64,000 bases of DNA from Heptranchias perlo (taxonomy: Eukaryota). Shown here piece after piece: positions 37,153 to 50,235 of the stretch. The stretch covers positions 41,354,001 to 41,418,000 of the forward strand of contig NC_090334.1 in the NCBI RefSeq assembly GCF_035084215.1, in the 5' to 3' direction. Each line of letters begins with the position of its first letter. Within the stretch, counting starts at the first letter, position 1. The notes under the pieces are model-generated. The model was not told the DNA's origin. It saw nothing but the letters and a program-made list of their open reading frames with translations, and did no database searches. Made by a program: the position numbers and the translations under genes.

Positions 37153-38979
37153 AAGTACCCATCTCAATAATTTTGACATCTATTTTACATGGTTAAAGCT
37201 AAGCAATGGACAGAATACAGATGGCCCTTTCTATGAATAATCTTTGTAATATAATTGTTCTATCTTAGCATTAACCCAATCGGACTTGATCACAAAATTC
37301 TGGATTCATCTAGAAGTATAAATTCATAAATCGACAGATTGCGGGATGTGACACTAAACTAGGTTTCATTTTTGGCAGAACCGCAAGCTCAGGTTTCCTG
37401 CGGGAAGACAGCTGTTTAGGACTGCAGCCAACAAGGAAAACCAAGAAAACTGGGATTTTGCATAATTAGTATCTTCATGAATGCCTCTCCTACTCCAAGA
37501 TATAAAAAGAAAGTATGTGAAAAATAATGGAAATGTTAACAGTGATAGTCTGGATTTAAAAGAACCTCAGTTCAACATAAGGTTAAAATTAGTTCGTCTT
37601 TCCTGCATCAGACGGACATTACTTGGTTGTTAAGGCCTCTTGCATAACAACTGTAATTTGAGGATTTAGATATTAAAAGTGAAATTAATGTGCTGTCTTT
37701 ATTTTTAAACTGTGCAGCTGGAGTTGACTTAATGGGTGTGTCGAGTTTATTGCTAGCTATTAGGGATAACAATTCAATTTTTAACTAGTTTCTTGAGATC
37801 CTGAAATTTGAGTGTTCTTGAAGCCACAGCCTGATAATACAAGACAGTATGTACAAACCTTTCTGGACTGTGAGGAAGCGCAGATGCATTTTCTTACTCC
37901 ATCCCTCTTCCCCCACTGCCCAGCCAATCCACCAGTCAGGCCAGCCTTTCCCTGACTCCCCTCCACTGCCAAGAATTGTGTTGTTTTTTTTTTAAAAGGG
38001 ATCATCAGACCGCCTGACTTAACCCCCAGCACCATCACGAAACCATGGAAGAAAAACTTTTGGCACAACACTGAGTATCGACGTTTAAAGGAATATTTCA
38101 TCATCTTATGGGTCCATGGCACAGCAGCAGGCTGAGGAAACAGGTCCTTTACTTTTTTTTTAAAAAAAAGCATCAGACACATCTGTATCTAACATTATTA
38201 AAAGTGGGAAAAATTCAACTCCGACAAATTAATAAACACAAACAAGCCCAATTCAGGTCACGACAGACTTAGCCCGAAAAAATGCATAAAGTTCCCCCCC
38301 TCTGATGCTTCCAAATGCAGACACACAACACATATTACATAGGTACTTACTGTAATATTTATATGATTAGGTTAGTACGCCTTTGTTCACATATCATATT
38401 TATGTATCAATCTCCCCATCCCCATCCACCCCCTTGACCTCACCATCTCTCATGGCCTCTCTTCTTCGGAGGGTTTGATCACTGACACAGCTATCTCTCA
38501 CCGCTTCCTTGACTATCTGGCCACTTACATCCCTCTACTTTCCTGTACCCCCACCACTCTCACCATCTGCCTCAGAGAAAAAAACCTCCCCCAATTCTCT
38601 CTCAAATTCACTCTCAAACTCCCTTTCTTCTGGCCTTCCATCCATCACAACACCTCTGTCACTGCTGGCCTGCTCAACTGCTCCCTAGCCACAACCACTC
38701 GTCATTCATCGCCAGAGCTAGATTGAATGTTAAATACTAGCATGTCTCGCTCTCCTCTGGCAAATTCTCCTATTACTCTACGATCAGCTCTAAGCTCATC
38801 TCTTCCAGGAGTATTTCCTGTTCCCTTGATCCCCTCTGCATTCAATCCCTGACCCTCTTTGCTCAGACACCATCCCTTTCCTGTACACATTTGCTGTTAC
38901 GATCCCCCTGCTCAAAAAAGCAACTCTCCACCCATCCATCCTCATCTATTGCCCCGTCTCGATCCTCCCAGGGTCTTTG

Positions 38980-40015
38980 AGTGTATCTTTACGTACCACT
39001 TCTCTCCCAAAACTCGGACCCCTTCAGTCAGGCTTCTGCTCTGCTCACGGCAATAAACACAGTGCTGGTGAAAGTCACAAATGACACCCTCTGTTGCCAT
39101 GTCCAGAGTGTGGTATCCCTCTTTGTCCTCCTCAGCCTCTCCATTATGTTCAATATGGTCAATGACACCATTCTCCTCCGTTGTTTTGCCTGTGTGCGCC
39201 TGCCCTTGCGTGGTCCCGCTCCCGCCTGCCCTTGCGTGGTCCCGCTCCCGCCTGCCCTTGCGTGGTCCCGCTCCCGCCTGCCCTTGCGTGGTCCCGCTCC
39301 CGCCTGCCCTTGCGTGGTCCCGCTCCCGCCTGCCCTTGCGTGGTCCCGCTCCCGCCTGCCCTTGCGTGGTCCCGCTCCCGCCTGCCCTTGCGTGGTCCCG
39401 CTCCCGCCTGCCCTTGCGTGGTCCCGCTCCCGCCTGCCCTTGCGTGGTCCCGCTCCCGCCTGCCCTTGCGTGGTCCCGCTCCCGCCTGCCCTTGCGTGGT
39501 CCCGCTCCCGCCTGCCCTTGCGTGGTCCCGCTCCCGCCTGCCCTTGCGTGGTCCCGCTCCCGCCTGCCCTTGCGTGGTCCCGCTCCCGCCTGCCCTTGCG
39601 TGGTCCCGCTCCCGCCTGCCCTTGCGTGGTCCCGCTCCCGCCTGCCCTTGCGTGGTCCCGCTCCCGCCTGCCCTTGCGTGGTCCCGCTCCCGCCTGCCCT
39701 TGCGTGGTCCCGCTCCCGCCTGCCCTTGCGTGGTCCCGCTCCCGCCTGCCCTTGCGTGGTCCCGCTCCCGCCTGCCCTTGCGTGGTCCCGCTCCCGCCTG
39801 CCCTTGCGTGGTCCCGCTCCCGCCTGCCCTTGCGTGGTCCCGCTCCCGCCTGTCCAAATGCAGCCAACACATGTCCGGCAATGACTTCTCTTCCCACGTC
39901 TGTACTGATCCCTCTGGAATCCCCCTAAGATCTACCTTCCCCACTCCCCCTCAACATTGACATACTGTTCCTTTGTGACATCATCTGCAAGCATAGGCTC
40001 GGCTTCCACACGTAC
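38980..40015 (+). mobile_element. Decayed L2 LINE RT remnant hosting the minisatellite
   Basis: DPFSQ..TVLVKVTNDTL..SLFVLLSLSIMFNMVNDTILL..ALAWSRSRLSKCSQ..GIPLRS corresponds to the L2 RT consensus ETALVKVTND/LLDLSAAFDTVDH/ALAWFxSYL/GVPQGS. Confidence 0.75.
39197..39852 (+). repeat. 26-bp minisatellite (CGCCTGCCCTTGCGTGGTCCCGCTCC) x25 plus 6 bp
   Basis: Copies appear identical. The 26-aa periodicity of the six-frame ORFs equals 3 units. 20/26 GC, no A on the + strand. Confidence 0.97.
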
Positions 40016-40059
40016 ATAGGAACGGGGAGGCCGTTCAACCCCTCGAGCCTTTTCCACCA

Positions 40060-40672
40060 ATTACATAGAACTTACAGCACAGAATCAGGCCATTCAGTCC
40101 AACCGGTCTATGCCGGTTTATGCTCTACGCGAACCACCTCCTACTCTATTTACATCATCTCACCCTATTAACATATCCTTCTATTTCTGTCTCCCTCATG
40201 TACTTATTTAACTTCCCCTTAAATGCATCTATGCTATTCAACTCAACTACTCCACGTGGTAGCGAGATTCACATTCTCACCAATCTGAGTGAATTCCTTA
40301 TTGGATTTATTAGTGACTATCTTATATTTATGGCCCCGAATTTTGGACTCCCCCACAAGTGGAAACATCTTCTCCATGTCTACCCTATTGAACCCTTTCA
40401 TAACTTTAAAGACTGCAATTAGGTTGCCTTTCAGTCTTTTCTTTTCTAAAGAAAAGAGCAACAGCCTGTTCAGTCATTCCTGATAGTTGTACCCTCTCAG
40501 TTCTGGTATCATCCTTATAAATCTTTTTTGCACTTTCTCCAGTGCTTCTATATCCTTTTTGTAATATGACCATAAATGTGCACAAGTATGGTTTAGCCAA
40601 AGTTCTATATAAGTTTAACATGACTTCACTGCTTTTGCATTCTATTCCTCTAGAAATGAACCTCAATGCTTT
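40060..40672 (-). mobile_element. CR1 LINE 3' fragment inserted into the L2 remnant
   Basis: FISRGIECKSSEVMLNLY..LFSLEKKRLKGNLIAVFK and 3' tail. Confidence 0.8.
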
Positions 40673-42334
40673 GAGCATTGAACCAATTGCTAAAATTTCT
40701 CGGGCGATTCCACGAAACAGGAGACTTGGTCAATTAAGCTCAAAGTAATATCAGTCCTTTTCAAAGCAGCAGTTATAGAAGAAAAATGCTGGTAGTGTGG
40801 CTCATCTCTACCTCAATTCCATGTATACGGAATAAAATCCAGCTCTACCTGTTCACTTTTCTCAGTCTCTTGACTATCTGTCCTGTCAGATTGGCTGTGT
40901 AAGATTAAGTAAAGTAATTGATGAGTAAGAACTTCTTCCAACGGAATCTTGGCAGACTGAACCCATAATTTTCAGCCCCCACCAGAAATTCCACTTCCAT
41001 GCCACTGAGGCTGAACAATGTGATGGAAAATCGTGACAATCTATTCAACCCAGAACTGAGCTTCAAAACCTCATACCCTATACATCACCAAAACCACCTA
41101 CTTCAACCTCCAGATCATCCATTTCAGCCCCACCTCATCTCCATTGGAAACCTCTCATGACTGAGTCTAGAGGTGACAAAACAATTTGTTCAATGTTCTC
41201 ATTGCTAAAGTCCCATTCTCGAATTTCCATAAACTCCAACTTATTCAAAATGTAGCTGCCTATATCCTGTCCCCTACTACGTTCTGCTCACCCATCCCCC
41301 TCCTGTACTGTATCTTTTTTCTTCTCCTTTCCCCCTATGTAAAGCACCATGGGACATTATCTGTTGTATAAATGCAAGTTGTTACTTTTGTTATGTAGTG
41401 GTGACATATAAAGCTTTATTCTAACTGTAGAATTTATAATCAGTTCTGTGCGTGACAAGCAGTTACTTAGTTTGCAGAGTGTCATTACTCTATCAGTGTA
41501 GTAGGTGGCATAGTCTGCAAAATTAAGGCATAGAGAACAAGTAATTGTTGGTAATTCACCATGACAAACTACTCAATGGAAAAATACCTTCCCACTGAGC
41601 GCCATCTACTTGTCCATTCCACACACATGCCTTGAATTCACTTAGGCTGTTCCATATTTCAGGGTTAAACCCATTTACTTATTTTCTCTCCATTTTTGCA
41701 AGGAACTTACTTACCCCATTTTAAGGACACTTCCTCTGCAGCTATTAAATCCAGTTAGTAATTGTTTTTTTTTTTGAATAGCTGAATACCATTTTGCAAA
41801 GAATAGATGCATGATCATTACCAAAAAATTCCTTTCTCTCTTACTTTTGATTCTGAATGACACCAAAAGTTAGGATCAATAGGTATTTTTGGAGTCTCAT
41901 CTCTTGGGCCATTTGGTTTCCCAACCTTTCAGCAGCAGGAATATCAGTCATTCAGTTCATTATCACTAGAGTGTTAGAAGTGGAAGCTGACTGTGTGCAT
42001 AGACTGATAAACTACCTGAGCAGTGGTGCTTTGCAGTTCAAAGGTATCCCCTTAATCTAGGGTCATGGTTGTATTGAATCCTACTGTGTGGAACTGATTC
42101 ACATTGTTTATAAAGCAAATTAAGAGAGATTAAAATACTAAACTAATATGTTAGGAATATAATCCAAAGTGTTGTCATTATGTGCTGTTAAACAGCATTT
42201 CACCCTTCTTCTGTTTCCTCCCAGAAATATTTAAGAAATAAAAGTGCATAGTTATTCAGCAAACATAAAAAAGAATGAGAAACCGCACCATAATTAACAT
42301 AAGAAAATTAACAGTAATTGAAGAAAATAATGGC

Positions 42335-43905
42335 ATTAAAGAGTGACAAATCCTCAGGACCAGATGGTTTCCATCCCAGGGTTTTAAAAGGAAGTAGATG
42401 AGAACATTGCAGAAGCCCTAACTATAATCTTCCAAAGTTCTCTCCATTCAGGAACCAATATTTCAGATCAGAAAATTGCAGGTCACCCTGCTACTTAAGA
42501 AAGGTGAGAGACAGAAACCAGGGTATTATAGACCAGTTAGTCTAACATCTGTGGTTAGGAAATTCCTAGAGTCTATGATTAAGGATAGTAATGAACACCT
42601 TGAAAATTTTCAGCTGATCAGAGAGCCAGCATGGATTTGTAAAGGGTAGGTCATGCCTGACAAAACTGATTGAATTTTTTGAAGAGGTGACTAAAGTAGT
42701 GGACAGGGGAATGTCTATGGATGTTGTTTATATGGACTTCCAGACGGCATTCGATAAAGTCCCTCATAAGGGACCGTTAGCTAAAGTTGAAACTCATGGA
42801 ATTGTCGGCAAATTATTGACCTGGTTAGGAAATTGGCTGAGCAGCAGGAGAGAGAGAGTAGGGATAATGGGCAGGTACTCAAATTGGCAGGATGTGACTA
42901 GTGGTGTCCCACAGGGATCTGTGTTGGGGCCTCAACTATTCACTGTATTTATTAACAACTTAGGTGACGGGAAAGAGAGCCACATATCCAAGTTTGCCGA
43001 TGACACAAAGATAGGCAGCATTGTAAGCAGTGTAGATGAAAGCATAAAATTACACAGCGATATTAACAGATTAAAAGAATGGGCAAAACTGTGGCAAATG
43101 GATTTCCATGTAGACAAGTGTGAGGTCAACCACTTTGGACCGACAAAGGACCTACATTTCTAAATGGTGAAAAGCTCAAAATAGTGGAAGTCCAAGAGAC
43201 TTAGGGGTCCATGTATGTAGATCATTAAAATATCAAGGATAGGTACAGAAAATAATCAAAAAGGCTAATGGAATGCCGGCCTTTATATCTAAAAGACTAG
43301 AATACAAGGAGGTAGAAGTTATGCTACAGCTATACAAAGCCCTGTTAGACCACACCTGGAGTATTATGTTCCGTTCTGGACGCCGCACTTTAGGAAAGAT
43401 ATATTGGCCTTGGAGGGAGTGCAGCATAGATTTACTATAATGATATTTGGACTCCAAGGGATAAATTGCAAGGAGAGATTACACAAACTAGCGTTGAATT
43501 CCCTGGAATTTAGAGGATTAAGGGGTGTTTTGACCGAAGTTTTCAAGATATGAAAGGGGAACAGATAGAGTAGAGAGAAACTATTTCCACTAGCTGGAGA
43601 GTCTAGGACTAGGGGACATAGCCTAAAAATTAGGCATTTTTAAAAATAAATTGCAGGGGCAATGTTGGGAAATACTTCTACATGCAAAAGGTGGTCAAAG
43701 TTTGGAACTCTCTTCTGCAAATGGCAGTTGATACTGGCTCAATTGTTAATTTTAAATCTGAGATTGATAGATTTTTGTTAACCAAAGGTATTAAAGGATA
43801 AGGGGCTAAGGCAGGTATATGGAGTTAGGTCACAGATCAGCCATGATCTCATTGAATGGCAGAACAGGCTTGAGGGACTAAATGGCCTACTCCTGTTCCT
43901 ATGTA
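42335..43905 (+). mobile_element. CR1 LINE, RT to 3' end
   Basis: DVVYMDFQTAFDKVPH..GVPQGSVLGPQLF..FADDTKIG. 3' end AATGGCCTACTCCTGTTCCTATGT. Confidence 0.9.
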
Positions 43906-44164
43906 AAAGAAGAAGCAGCTCATCAGGACTCACCCTATTCATTAAACAGTGGAGACTTGTACACTGCCCTCCCCACTCAGTAGTGATACTAATCCCTGGG
44001 GAGGCAAAAAAAAACCTGCAGCCAATTTCAGGAAGATCCTGGGAAATGTCTCCCCATCTTCAATCAAAATGCTCCAGGAGAGCAGAGTTACCCATGAGAC
44101 ATCACTAGGCAAACTTAACAAACCCACACACCCCCCAAGCATGCTCAATGCCCTCCTTCCTCAG

Positions 44165-44511
44165 GACCTGATCACGTCCCTTTAAATCCCTCCATGGCCG
44201 CTCCCCATCTCTATGACCTCCTCCAGCGCTACAGCCCTCCAAGAACAATTCTGGCCTGTTGTGCACCCCCAATTTCCTTTGCCCCTCCATTGGCAGATGT
44301 GCCTTCAGCTGTCTGGGCCCGAAGCTCGAATTCCCTCCCTGAACCTCTCCACTTCTCTTTCCTCCTTTAAGACGCTCCTTAAAATCTACCTCACTTGTCC
44401 TAATACCTCCTTATATGGCTCAGTGACAAATATTGTCTGATAACGCTCCTGTGAAGTGCCTTGGGACATTTTACTACATTAAAGGTGCTATATAAATGCA
44501 AGTTGTTGTTG
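44165..44511 (+). mobile_element. L2 LINE 3' end
   Basis: LKSLHG..AFSCLGP..NSLP..SSFKTLLK and tail GGTGCTATATAAATGCAAGTTGTTGTTG. Confidence 0.75.
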
Positions 44512-45789
44512 AGGTGTCACTTACTGCCATGGCCACCCACTTCCATGGGTGCAGATTATGCCCTTTGAGGGCTGTCTTCCCTTCATGCCGGATTATGGAC
44601 AGTAATACCTCAACTGAAGAATCTTTAAATTTGTTGGCTCAGTACCCTGAGGAAGCACGAGCCTCAGACATTGGACTGAGCCACACAGTTACAGACACAA
44701 AATGGCTGCCTGGAACCTTTTAACTGCTGTAGCAGCATTGGATTTTCCTCTCACCCCTGAGATGGTCTGCCGATAGAGCCGAGAGACCACCAGGAAATGA
44801 AGGTGCACAGAGGAAAATCAGATGGGTTTTCAGGAATGTAACAGTGGGGTGGAACAGTTCAAGTGCACTTCTGGTGGCAAATCCACCAATGAAAAAAAAA
44901 TCGAATCCTTTGTCTCTGTACTTGGCCATCAACTCTGTATATTTTAGCAACTTTATCAGGTCTCCTCTAGTCTTATCTTCCACAAGACATCAGTTCCACT
45001 ATTTCCACACTCTTATCAACTTTGATCATGGCACTAATCTGAGGCTAAACATGGTACTAATTATCTGTAACATCTTTATCTGGAAAAAGAATCTTGTTTC
45101 TCCTCCCCCCTTCAAAGTCTGCTCTCAATCTCCAATCTTTTGCACCAATTAACAATTACTTCCTTTCCCCTTCGTCTTACCACTCATCGTCCACGAACTC
45201 AAATAGTACCTGCTGTTTTTGATTACCATCTTTTATCTGCTCCATCTGTTGCTACGGTGCTTGAACAGCTTCAGTACCTAATTATGACTCCATATGCACA
45301 TTCCCAAATTGACTGCTCCCTGGCCACATATCATGAACCCCATCTCATCAAGTTTGTACCAGCTCGTAACATATGCCACTTAACAAGAACATATCGTTAA
45401 TTGTTTAGACCAGTGGAAACTGTAAAGGGATATTGATAAGTTGGAGGAATGGGCTAAAAAGTGGCAGATGGAATTCAATGTCAATAAATGTGAGGATGTG
45501 GATATGCCGGTGATGGACTTGGGTTGACAAATGTAAGGAATCTTACAAAACCAGGTTATAGTCCAACTGTTTTGTGAATGTGAGGTGTTATCTTTTGGTA
45601 GAAAAATAACAGTGAGTGAGACCATCATGAGATTTTGACTCCAGTCCCACCAACTGTGAGGGCTTCTCAGCAGATATGGCATTCCCAATAGGCATACCTT
45701 TGTTTGCCATTATCTTGATGCAAAGGAAGAGTGAGGCAGCATTTAAAGATTTTATTTTACAAGATATTAATACCCTTTCCCTCCAGGCA

Positions 45790-46625
45790 GCAGAGGACCT
45801 ATGATGACCTTAGCGCGGAGATGTGTATCAGAAGAGCGAATTTCACCAAAGAGGCAACGGGGGAGCTATGCCAGCTACTCCATGACGACCTGCAGCCACA
45901 GTGATTTGCCCAGACTGCTCTGTCCGTGGCCATGAAAATGGTGACTGCACTCAACTTTAATGGCACTAGGGGTAATTTTAGGCAGCTATAGGGGATATTA
46001 CCTCTAATATCAGCCAGGGCGATGTCCAGGCATGTATGTCTGGTAACTGATGCACTTTTCTGAAGAATTGGGAATTCAGTCAGTGTGGCATCAAAGAAAG
46101 GTAGCAGCAAAATAGGGCCATCCAGCTTTTAATGGGTTTTCTGAAGATCCAGGATACAACAGTTTACACCCATGGTGCTTTCCAAGTTCCTATAGTTAAT
46201 CCCCTCAACTTCCCTAAAAGAAACAACTTCCACTCCCTGAATGTACAGATGACATATGAAATCATGCAAAGGATCCTGTGTGTTTTGCGAAACTGTCACG
46301 ATGCATTCATCCTTTGGAATTCAGCCCTTCCTGACCTCCAAGGAAAAAAATTGTGACAACAAACTGCTTTTGGGTGGCAAGGCATACCCCCCGCTCTCAT
46401 GGATAATGACCCCACAAAGTTTCACAAATAGCAGCAGAAGAATATTACAACGAGGCACATACCTCTAATAGAGTGATCAAAAGGACCATTAGTCTTAAAG
46501 GAACAATTTTGCTGCCTTGATAGGTTGGCACGGGCTGTACAGTATGCGCCAGCTAATGTGTCCTGCATACTTGTAGCCTATGTCCTGCACAACTTTGCCA
46601 TCCAAAACGGCCTGGACTTGGACAT
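45790..46625 (+). pseudogene. Second, more decayed Harbinger transposase remnant
   Basis: LSAEMCIRRANFTKE..LCQLL..ALSVAMKMVTALNF, FHSLNVQ, HDAFIL, LLGGKAYP, VLHNFAI. Possible right end AAAATCCAGG near 47367. Confidence 0.75.
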
Positions 46626-49600
46626 TGCTGGCCCTAGCTGCTTTGGAGGCAGAACTACATAGACGTTACAACACAGAAAAAGGCGATTAGTGCTGGTGTT
46701 TACCCTCTACGGGAGCAAATAGTCCTAATCACATTTACCCACCCTGTTCCCACCTCCCTTTATCCCCTATTCCTTTATCCACCTATCCAATCTAATTCTG
46801 AACATTAACATTGTGGTTTTCTTCCAGGTACTGCTGCCCTTCTACTTTAGACACGTTGGCACATTGCTGCACAGCTGCTTCACCATATCCACTTCTGTCC
46901 TGGCGCATTCCAACTCCCCTGCTTTCTTTAAATGCTCACCCACATACAAGTTTGTAAATTTGGTTCTTTGTGAGTTTCCCCATTAGCCTCCACTAATTCA
47001 GAAATATCATGCCTTTATCCACCCAGACTCTAAGGAGGGTTAACATTAGCCTGTTTGGTAGCAAATGTCTCCAGGGCTCCTGGAGCTAAAGCAGGCACAG
47101 CACCACCCACAGTTACTTATAAAGTTCACATTTCTACTTCCTGCTACGTCTTGGATTTTAAGAGTTTAAACTGATTTTCAATGCGCACTCGGCTGCTTCT
47201 GCCACTACCATAATCAATGAGGCTCAACTCAAATCAAATCAAGTACACTGCTGGAGTAAAAACCATCTGCAGTTCATTTAGTGTAAGCCTCCTCCCTAAC
47301 CCATGTTAATTCATAAAATTCAAACGGAGTTAAGGATACCATGGAAACCTATTTTGGATCTGTATAAAATCCAGGACAGGAAGTAAACTACTATAATGTT
47401 TTTAATGTCATACAGTCTTTTGATTAAGTCGGGAGAATAGTGCATCATGTCCAAATGATAAATGTATTTCAAAGCAATTTACATCACATCTTTGTAATTA
47501 AATAAAAAAGGTTTGTCAAATCCTTTTCCATATAGATCACACCAATTAAAAGCAAAATACTACTCCTATTACCTCACTGCAGATACCATTTTGCACGTGG
47601 GTTTGTTAATATACAGTGAGATGCATACATTTAAGTTAACTTGAAGGTAGGGTAGAGGGAGCAAAGGCCAACTGGATTCCATAATCGTAAAAATATAAAA
47701 GCATCTTGAAAAGGAAAGAAGACACATGAAAACATTTTAGAATAAAACCAAGCCTTTAGCCGTTACACAAATTGCATACTTAAAAAGTTGTGGATGCATT
47801 CCAAAATTCAAAATTTACTTCATTTCACTCTTCACAGCCCAGATGTGCACAAAAGCCAACTAAAGATATAATATGGATTAAGTGCTCAGTACCACAATGC
47901 AGAGTCAAGCAGCAGATTAAAGAACCCTCTTTGCACTTTTGTCTGTGTTGATCTGTTCATTGTTCTTAGAAGAATTAAGAGGAAAATAGAACGTCAGTGT
48001 CAATAATGGCAAAAATGTGTTATGTTAGTTCTTTTCATAGTCATATTTGAATGGAGGCTGTACTTAGACTCCTTTACACCTTTGTTGATGTAAACAATTG
48101 GTAGTTTATTCACAAATTCCCTTTATTAGATCGATTCTACCCAGACATTTGGAATTTTTCGAGGCGCTGTGCTCGCAGCAATCAACATTCCCAAGTCCCA
48201 GATGGACAGAGGTCTGATGACCTCACAGACCCCACGGGTTGCTGTTTACAAATCTACGCGCTAATTGTTTCGATGAAGTGACAGTACCACCAGTCTCAAA
48301 ATCATCCTGCAGATCATAGTTTCAGGAAGATCCCAGTTATTTTAAGTTACATAACCTAATAAAATAGATATGCGATTGTATGAGTCCGAGTTTTGTGGCC
48401 ACTAACTACCCCATTTCTTTTGCACCAGAAAATGCATCCAAAACAGAAAATAAAAAACTGTGAGCATCTACAATCACAACAGTTCATCATTTTCATGCCC
48501 TTAAAGCAACTGAATTTCAAAACAAATTCAATTCCTTTATTTACTCGTTGATGTGGACTAGTGAGGTAAAAATGGGAACACCATGAAGATTGAGTGCAGA
48601 TTTCTTCTGCAGTTTCTTTTCTGCTTATGGTGATCTTATAAGAGTATCAGTAACTCTGTTGCTTGACTGGCATCTAAATGACTTGCTCCATAGGAATATG
48701 ACAAGGATCAGTGGCATGAACTCATGCACCTTTTGCTGTTGAAGTTAGTACTTCAGCCTCTCATGGTAATATTTTCAAGACAATCAGTATTATATCAATA
48801 CAATACAAAGTTACATCTGGAATAAAAATACTTGTGAGAATATGTTAATCAGTGATATGAAACCAGCAGTTTACACCAGTTTCAAAATCAAGCCATCATA
48901 AACTTTGGATATTGGCAGGTTCTTAAACTTACTGAAACTTTTTTCCAGAGAATAAAATCAAATAAAGCATCATGCAATCTCACTTATGGGAACACTGTAA
49001 TGTGACTGTTGTGTTGTATTAAAATGGGGCATTAAACTGTTAAATAAAATTTTTGAATGTGAACTAAATTTGATGAAAATTAATACTAAAAAAGATTTAG
49101 GATTGAAAAAAAGACAAACTAAAACATTGGTCAAATAGTCCACAATGTTTGAAACAGATGTTGAAAATTGAAATCGATGAATAAGGGCTTTGTCAAGTAG
49201 CAGTTTGGTAATTCTCAACATTTCTTGTGGCCTTGTAAGCTGTGAAACCATTACTTTTTAAACAAATTTTGAAAATAAGAAACAAAAATGGAAAGTCAGA
49301 ACTACATTGTCCCCCACCAGATTAAAACTAAAATTTGGGAATAAAAATCTGGGACTAAAGCATCAATGATGTCAACAGGGTAAAGACAACTTAAGGGCAG
49401 TATGGAAATGCTTATGCAGAAAACAGGAAGTGGAGGTCGTGTCACAGGAGGATGCCATTCAAGAAGGGACATGCATCTGTAAACCTTACATTTTAGGATT
49501 TGTTCTCTTTACATTGCACAAATAAATGAAAAATTAAGAATCCATAATAGTTTACCTTAAAATGTGAAGTGCAATTTTTGTTGAATTCTTCAGATTTCAC

Positions 49601-49799
49601 AAAGATCAGTGGGATAGCCACTGTGGAAAAGTGCAACTCTACACTAATTCTGTAGTGAAAGTCTATGTACATAGTGAGAGCATTTCAGATGCCAGATGTT
49701 TACAGTGACAACATTTTACTACTTTTAACTTGTGCCAAGACAATAATTCACAGAATGCAGTTCCATGCAAAGCTACTCATGGCCCTTGAGGCACATACT

Positions 49800-50235
49800 T
49801 GGGGGTCCCCCAAAGATCTATCCTCAGCCCCCTCCAATTTCTCATCTACATGCTGTCCCTCTGCGACATCATCCGAAAACACATCAGATTCCACATGTAC
49901 TCTGACGACACCCAGCTCCACATCACCACCACCTCTCTCAACCCTTTCTCGTCTGATTTGTCACACTGCTTGTCTGACATCCAGTACTGGATGTGCAAAC
50001 ATTTCCTTGAACTAAATATTGAATTCGGTCCCTGCCACAAACTCCGTTCCCTAGCCTCCATCCCTCTCCCTGGCCACAGTCTGAGGCTGAGCAGACCATT
50101 TGCACCCTTGCCGTCCTATTTGACTCCGAGATGAGATTCCGACCACATATCCACTCCATCACCAAGACTACCTACATCCACCTCCATAACAGGGCCCATC
50201 TCCTCCCCTGCCTCAGCTCATCTGCTGCTGAAATC
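49800..50235 (+). mobile_element. L2 LINE RT fragment
   Basis: GVPQRSILSPLQFLIYM..FHMYSDDTQL..CLSDIQYWM..FLELN. Confidence 0.8.

Noticed and set aside
38981-39960. Long repetitive ORFs in five frames, and a CRISPR-like appearance
   Set aside because: Artefact of a stop-free 26-bp tandem repeat. No spacers, and the DNA is eukaryotic.
45500-45572. Fragment resembling a shark Penelope-associated repeat
   Set aside because: Too short and truncated before any CTGATGA...GAAA core, so family assignment is unsupported.
48208-48230. GAGGTCTGATGACCTC palindrome (nuclear-receptor element, C-box or hammerhead core)
   Set aside because: Spacing does not fit an ERE, there is no partner GAAA or D box in a suitable position, and it is compatible with chance.
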